Positions 24,829 to 28,995 of a DNA stretch of 28,995 nt are shown here, piece by piece; the stretch's first letter is position 1; each line of letters opens with the position of its first letter. Location of the stretch: IMG/VR virus record IMGVR_UViG_3300021124_000027, positions 1 to 28,995 of that record; one strand, given 5' to 3'. The notes below the pieces were generated by a model. That model saw only the letters and a program-made list of their open reading frames with translations. It was not told the DNA's origin and searched no databases. Origin of the DNA: a virus. Lineage: Duplodnaviria; Caudoviricetes. Made by a program: the position numbers and the translations under genes.

Positions 24829-25317
24829 ATGGCTGAACAAATTATAACCCAAGAGTATTTACAATCCATCTTTGAATATAAAGATGGCGAATTATTTTCA
24901 AAAATTAATTATAGAAAAAAATATGTTGGCGTAAAAGTAGGGTCAATTGGAAATGGATATTATTCTGTGCAACTGAATAATAAAAAATATAAAATCCACC
25001 GCTTAATTTTTTTAATGTTTAAAGGTTATTTACCTGAATACATAGATCATATAGATTGCAATAAACTTAACAATAAAATAGAAAATTTAAGGGAAACCAC
25101 AAAAGCACAAAATTCTTTAAATCAAAAAATTAACATTAGAAATAAATCTAATTATAAAAATGTATCTTGGGACAAATTTACAAAAAAATGGTTAGTTTCT
25201 TTAACAGTAAATAAAAAAAGTATAAAAATAGGTCGTTTTGATGATATTGAATTAGCTGACTTGGTGGCAACCGAAGCAAGAAATAAATATTTTGGTAAAT
25301 TTGCTAATCATGGGTAA
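24829..25317 (+). CDS. Free-standing HNH-AP2 homing endonuclease
   Basis: HRLIF...IDHIDCNKLNNKIENLR; C-terminal AP2-like KNVSW...KW...GRF...A; upstream hairpin 24770-24800 and GGAG RBS. Confidence 0.9.
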   Translation: MAEQIITQEYLQSIFEYKDGELFSKINYRKKYVGVKVGSIGNGYYSVQLNNKKYKIHRLIFLMFKGYLPEYIDHIDCNKLNNKIENLRETTKAQNSLNQKINIRNKSNYKNVSWDKFTKKWLVSLTVNKKSIKIGRFDDIELADLVATEARNKYFGKFANHG

Positions 25318-25319
25318 AT

Positions 25320-25682
25320 TTAAAACCCAATTCTATTGAGTCCATATTCTTTGCAAATAATTTTTGCATATTTCTTGAATGTGCTGTCATGTAAATCCCA
25401 TTCATTACTTCTGCGTGTTCTTCGCATATGTATGCATTCATGAAGAAGACTTGTTAAGATGTGTTCAAAACTTGTATTCATTGATATGCTTACCAGTATT
25501 TCATGAGTCTTTTTCTCGGCATCAAAGGTGTAAGTTGCATAGCACTCTTGCTCGTTAAGAAATACTTTATCGGCCACATCAAATTTAATATCTCCAGATT
25601 TAGGCATTTTCCACTCTGAAACTGGAGGTAGCTGGCAAATAAGCACATATATTGCTTCAAGCATCTGAGGAGTGGGCGTCAT
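25320..25682 (-). CDS. SprT-like/zincin HEXXH metalloprotein
   Basis: LLHECIH followed by HDSTF. Confidence 0.75.
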   Translation of the reverse strand: MTPTPQMLEAIYVLICQLPPVSEWKMPKSGDIKFDVADKVFLNEQECYATYTFDAEKKTHEILVSISMNTSFEHILTSLLHECIHMRRTRRSNEWDLHDSTFKKYAKIICKEYGLNRIGF

Positions 25683-26899
25683 TTCCAGCTAATCCACTCT
25701 TTGACCACTTCTTTCTTTTGCTTGTCTACATAAACCGGAATACTAAATGTTATGCCATGCTCCGGATGGGTAATCCACATTGCTTGTCTAGGCGGCTCAA
25801 AGCCAAAGTTATTAGAGTAAGCATATTCGTCATACCCTTTAAGCGATCCATTAACGATTAATCTCTCTAATTGAATTAACTGGTGCCAGTGGCCAAGTAA
25901 CATGGTGTCATAACTCATATCTATCTGTGAGTTTCTTGATCGTTTCCTATGATCCCCGCGAATGATGGGCCCAAGGGCGCCAATCACGCCCTCGCCCCCA
26001 CGAAATTGATCTCCGTGTGTGAGTAAATACTTATGCCCAAAAATAGAATAATAGGCATCCGGACCATCTGGTATATGGAAAGTAACTCTAGGATCATTCT
26101 CAAATCTCTTGGCTAAAAACTGATAGGTGAGCCAATCAAATGACGTAAAATTTCTACCCTTATTCCGAATTTTAAAGGTATTGCGTCCGTGATTTCCAGA
26201 TACACAGGGGATGAATACATTGTCAAATTCATTCGCTAAGGTTTCAATACACCAACATAGGACTCCAAACAAATCCAATATAACTGGCATAATTTCTTTT
26301 TCATTAGTGGCAGATAGCTCATCATGGATATCTCCTGAAACCATGTCACCGCCAAGGACAAATACAATGCCTGGATAATTTGCATGAGCTACATAATTTT
26401 TTAATAAATCAACTGCTTTTTCTATCATTTGCCGCGCACGATTCTGTGAAATTTCTAAATTGTATTCATTTACTCCATTAATTTGATTGGGATCAACCAC
26501 CTCACCCCAGTGCCAATCTGATGCAAATAAAGTTGGTACGCCTGCAAATGTTTTTTTAATTATTTTTTTGACTAACCAGTTAGGTATTTTTGGATTTCCA
26601 TCTCGCAGTTTAATGATTTTCTTTTTAATGTACTCTGCGGTAAGTTGGTCTTGCTGGTGGCTGGCAACGGATGATTCTAGTTGTCTTATTTTATCTTGGG
26701 CTTCTGCTAATTTATCAATCAGAGAATCTTCTTTTATTTCATTGGGGACTATTCCCGCTCGAATTGCACTATTATACCGAGCTCGATATGTGTTAGGATT
26801 AAGTTGTAATAATTTAGCGGCTTCAGTTTTAGATTGTGTTACATTAAAAGCATCAATAGCTTCTTGCATTAACTCTTGAGATAAATTTCTTGCGGACAT
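25679..26899 (-). CDS. Calcineurin-like metallophosphoesterase with N-terminal HTH/coiled coil
   Basis: SDWH, GD, GNHG, THGD and GHWH motifs; KTEAAKLLQLNPNTYRAR HTH. Confidence 0.88.
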   Translation of the reverse strand: MSARNLSQELMQEAIDAFNVTQSKTEAAKLLQLNPNTYRARYNSAIRAGIVPNEIKEDSLIDKLAEAQDKIRQLESSVASHQQDQLTAEYIKKKIIKLRDGNPKIPNWLVKKIIKKTFAGVPTLFASDWHWGEVVDPNQINGVNEYNLEISQNRARQMIEKAVDLLKNYVAHANYPGIVFVLGGDMVSGDIHDELSATNEKEIMPVILDLFGVLCWCIETLANEFDNVFIPCVSGNHGRNTFKIRNKGRNFTSFDWLTYQFLAKRFENDPRVTFHIPDGPDAYYSIFGHKYLLTHGDQFRGGEGVIGALGPIIRGDHRKRSRNSQIDMSYDTMLLGHWHQLIQLERLIVNGSLKGYDEYAYSNNFGFEPPRQAMWITHPEHGITFSIPVYVDKQKKEVVKEWISWK

Positions 26900-27034
26900 G
26901 ATTTTCCCTTAGTGTAATCTATTGAATAATAAAACAATTTCATTAATTTAACAACCTTTTAGACAAAGTGGATAATTTACAACAACAATATCTCTTAATT
27001 GGTTATACAATAACCGAAGAAAAGGGGATATATT

Positions 27035-27322
27035 ATGTACAGAAACAAAAAGCTACTGGAGATAGTGAGAGAAGCGCCATGCCAAATATGCAACACCAAG
27101 GACGGGACAGTGGTGGCGGCACACTCCAATCAATTACGTGACGGCAAGGGTAGGGGCATTAAAGCAAATGACTATCGAATTGCCGCCCTATGCTACATCT
27201 GCCATATGCTATATGACCAAGGTAAAACACTAAGCAAACAACAAAGATCAGAATTCTTTGACGAAGCACATAGAAAAACAATAGGATGGCTATTTGAGAA
27301 TGATCATCTGGAGGTTAAATGA
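27035..27322 (+). CDS. YbcO/DUF1364-like Zn-binding putative nuclease
   Basis: PCQIC...VVAAHSN...GKGRGIKAND...LCYICH...DQG. Confidence 0.75.
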   Translation: MYRNKKLLEIVREAPCQICNTKDGTVVAAHSNQLRDGKGRGIKANDYRIAALCYICHMLYDQGKTLSKQQRSEFFDEAHRKTIGWLFENDHLEVK

Positions 27323-28050
27323 GTAGAATTGTATGTTGGTTTAGTTGTGGAGCGGCCTCTGCTGTTGCCACAAAATTAGCGATTGCTGAGAATGCAGGAA
27401 AACTTCCCCTAATCATTGCCTACACGGAAGTAATTGAAGAGCATCCAGATAACAAAAGGTTCTTAGCTGATTGTGAAAAATGGTTTGGGCAAGACATCCT
27501 TATCTTGGGCAACGATAGATACGATAGGTCCATCTATAAAGTATTTGAAAAGAACTACATTAAAACCCCTAAAGGCGCTCCTTGTACAAGAACCCTCAAA
27601 AAGGGTGTTAGACAAAAGTTTGAGCAAGTTGGAGACAGACAGGTGTTTGGTTATACCGCCGAAGAGCAAGCCCGGCTAGACCGATTTATAGATGCCAATA
27701 ATGATGTGGATATATGGACACCGTTAATTGACAAAAGACTAGGCAAGGAAGATTGTTTGGCCATGTTAGAAAATGCTGGCATTGAACTCCCTATGATGTA
27801 TCGACTTGGATACAACAATAATAATTGCATCGGTTGTGTTAAAGGCGGCATGGGATATTGGAATAAAATTAAAATAGACTTCCCAGAGCAGTTTGACCGC
27901 ATGGCTAAGCTAGAAAGATTTAAACAGCAGAAAGTATTTAAAGATAGATACCTCGATGAGTTAAAACCCACCGATGGTAACTATCCAAAAGAACCAAACA
28001 TAGAGTGCAGCATTTTTTGTCAAATGGCAGAAGATGAATTACTTAAATGA
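27319..28050 (+). CDS. PAPS-reductase-like (adenine nucleotide alpha-hydrolase fold) phage protein
   Basis: WFSCGAASAVA P-loop, EHPDN, PCT..LKK, NNNCIGCVKGG, ECSIFC. Confidence 0.75.
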   Translation: MSRIVCWFSCGAASAVATKLAIAENAGKLPLIIAYTEVIEEHPDNKRFLADCEKWFGQDILILGNDRYDRSIYKVFEKNYIKTPKGAPCTRTLKKGVRQKFEQVGDRQVFGYTAEEQARLDRFIDANNDVDIWTPLIDKRLGKEDCLAMLENAGIELPMMYRLGYNNNNCIGCVKGGMGYWNKIKIDFPEQFDRMAKLERFKQQKVFKDRYLDELKPTDGNYPKEPNIECSIFCQMAEDELLK

Positions 28051-28995
28051 TTTTCTAATATTCTCTACGTTTTCTGCCGTCTTAGACATAATAACTTTTT
28101 GGGCAACAATCATTCTTTCTCTTTCGTCTCTAGGGATATCCGTTTGCTCTGAAATCATTTGAATGTATTTACGTTGTTGCGCCAATTGGTTTACAGTTTG
28201 GTTGTATAACTTCTGTAGACCAATTAAGTTGCCCTTCTCTTTCATTATCTCAGCAACCTTTTCATTGTCGCCCTGTTCTGCATAACGCTTGAGATCATTG
28301 AAATGGTTTTGTATCTTGGCATTACTCTGATAGAAATCCGTAATATATTTAGAGTTAGTCTCTGGTTCTGTCTGAGCAATACCGATAGCATCCAATAATG
28401 GCTTAGTCGGCTTATCTTCAAATGCTCGCGCTGCTGTAGAGCCTAGTATACCACCCAACCAACCTAGATATCCCTGTGCAAGATAATCAATCTGCACTGG
28501 TGATGGTCCAGAGTTTTCCAACCCTACTGCGCTTAATGGGAGGTTAATGCCCTTACTGATTCCTTTAGCTACACCAGAGGTTCTATCTGCATATCTCTCT
28601 GTCTTTGTATAGCGCTCCATGCCAGGCGTTTCAATTGGCGCACCAGTAAAGCTATCTTTATTATTTAAAACGTTCCACATAGGCTTAATAGCTTGTGGAG
28701 TAGGGTCTAAAGATAAAGTATCTAAGAAGTATTGTCCCATACGACTAAAGAATACTTTGCTCTCTACACTATCATCAGCAAACTGCTCTAAACCACGTTC
28801 TGCTAATGTGCCGATACCACCAATTTCATATGGCTTTGGAATACGGAAAGCAGTATCGCCAACCTTAAACCACCAAAAGTTATCTCTATCCCAATCTGGG
28901 CGCTTCTTAAAGTCCTCATCATCCTTATTCATCATGTATAGCGTGGCAGAAGCGATTGCAATTGCACCCAATGTGTAGAACAATCTCTGTTGTTT
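28039..28995 (-). CDS. C-terminus of a large protein with LPD38-like domain (probable virion/ejection protein); 5' part outside window
   Basis: W.RDNFW...RIPKPYEIG, NKDSFTGAPI, SPVQIDYL.QGYLG.LG, YITDFY. Confidence 0.75.
   Translation of the reverse strand, partial: KQQRLFYTLGAIAIASATLYMMNKDDEDFKKRPDWDRDNFWWFKVGDTAFRIPKPYEIGGIGTLAERGLEQFADDSVESKVFFSRMGQYFLDTLSLDPTPQAIKPMWNVLNNKDSFTGAPIETPGMERYTKTERYADRTSGVAKGISKGINLPLSAVGLENSGPSPVQIDYLAQGYLGWLGGILGSTAARAFEDKPTKPLLDAIGIAQTEPETNSKYITDFYQSNAKIQNHFNDLKRYAEQGDNEKVAEIMKEKGNLIGLQKLYNQTVNQLAQQRKYIQMISEQTDIPRDERERMIVAQKVIMSKTAENVENIRKSFK

Noticed and set aside
1-28995. Alternative genetic code or stop-codon reassignment
   Set aside because: Long conserved genes are intact in code 11, and all three stop codons end genes.

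Overview
AT-rich, gene-dense tailed-phage (Caudoviricetes) genome segment. A proteobacterial host is inferred from CTGT-N8-ACAG boxes. Left to right: (-) packaging genes, namely the 5' part of terL with an Ala1 class-3-type LAGLIDADG intein, a LexA-type DNA-binding-domain gene and terS; (+) an array of about 25 small, often acidic early genes containing a hammerhead ribozyme; (-) a replication operon (ParB-like protein, intein-containing SF2 helicase, Toprim primase) preceded by a ~500-nt structured leader and a small C-loop RNA; rusA; (+) a recombination module (Cas4-like exonuclease, ERF, SSB-like protein); anti-defence genes (Acb2 sponge; PRS-like plus NAMPT-like pair matching NARP1); an HNH-AP2 endonuclease flanked by a duplicated 3' end of the neighbouring gene; a metallophosphoesterase/HEXXH pair; a PAPS-reductase-like gene; and the C-terminus of an LPD38-type large protein. 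Family calls come from recognising motifs by eye; no database search was run. The least-explained part is the non-coding layer at 12150-12850 plus the ribozyme.
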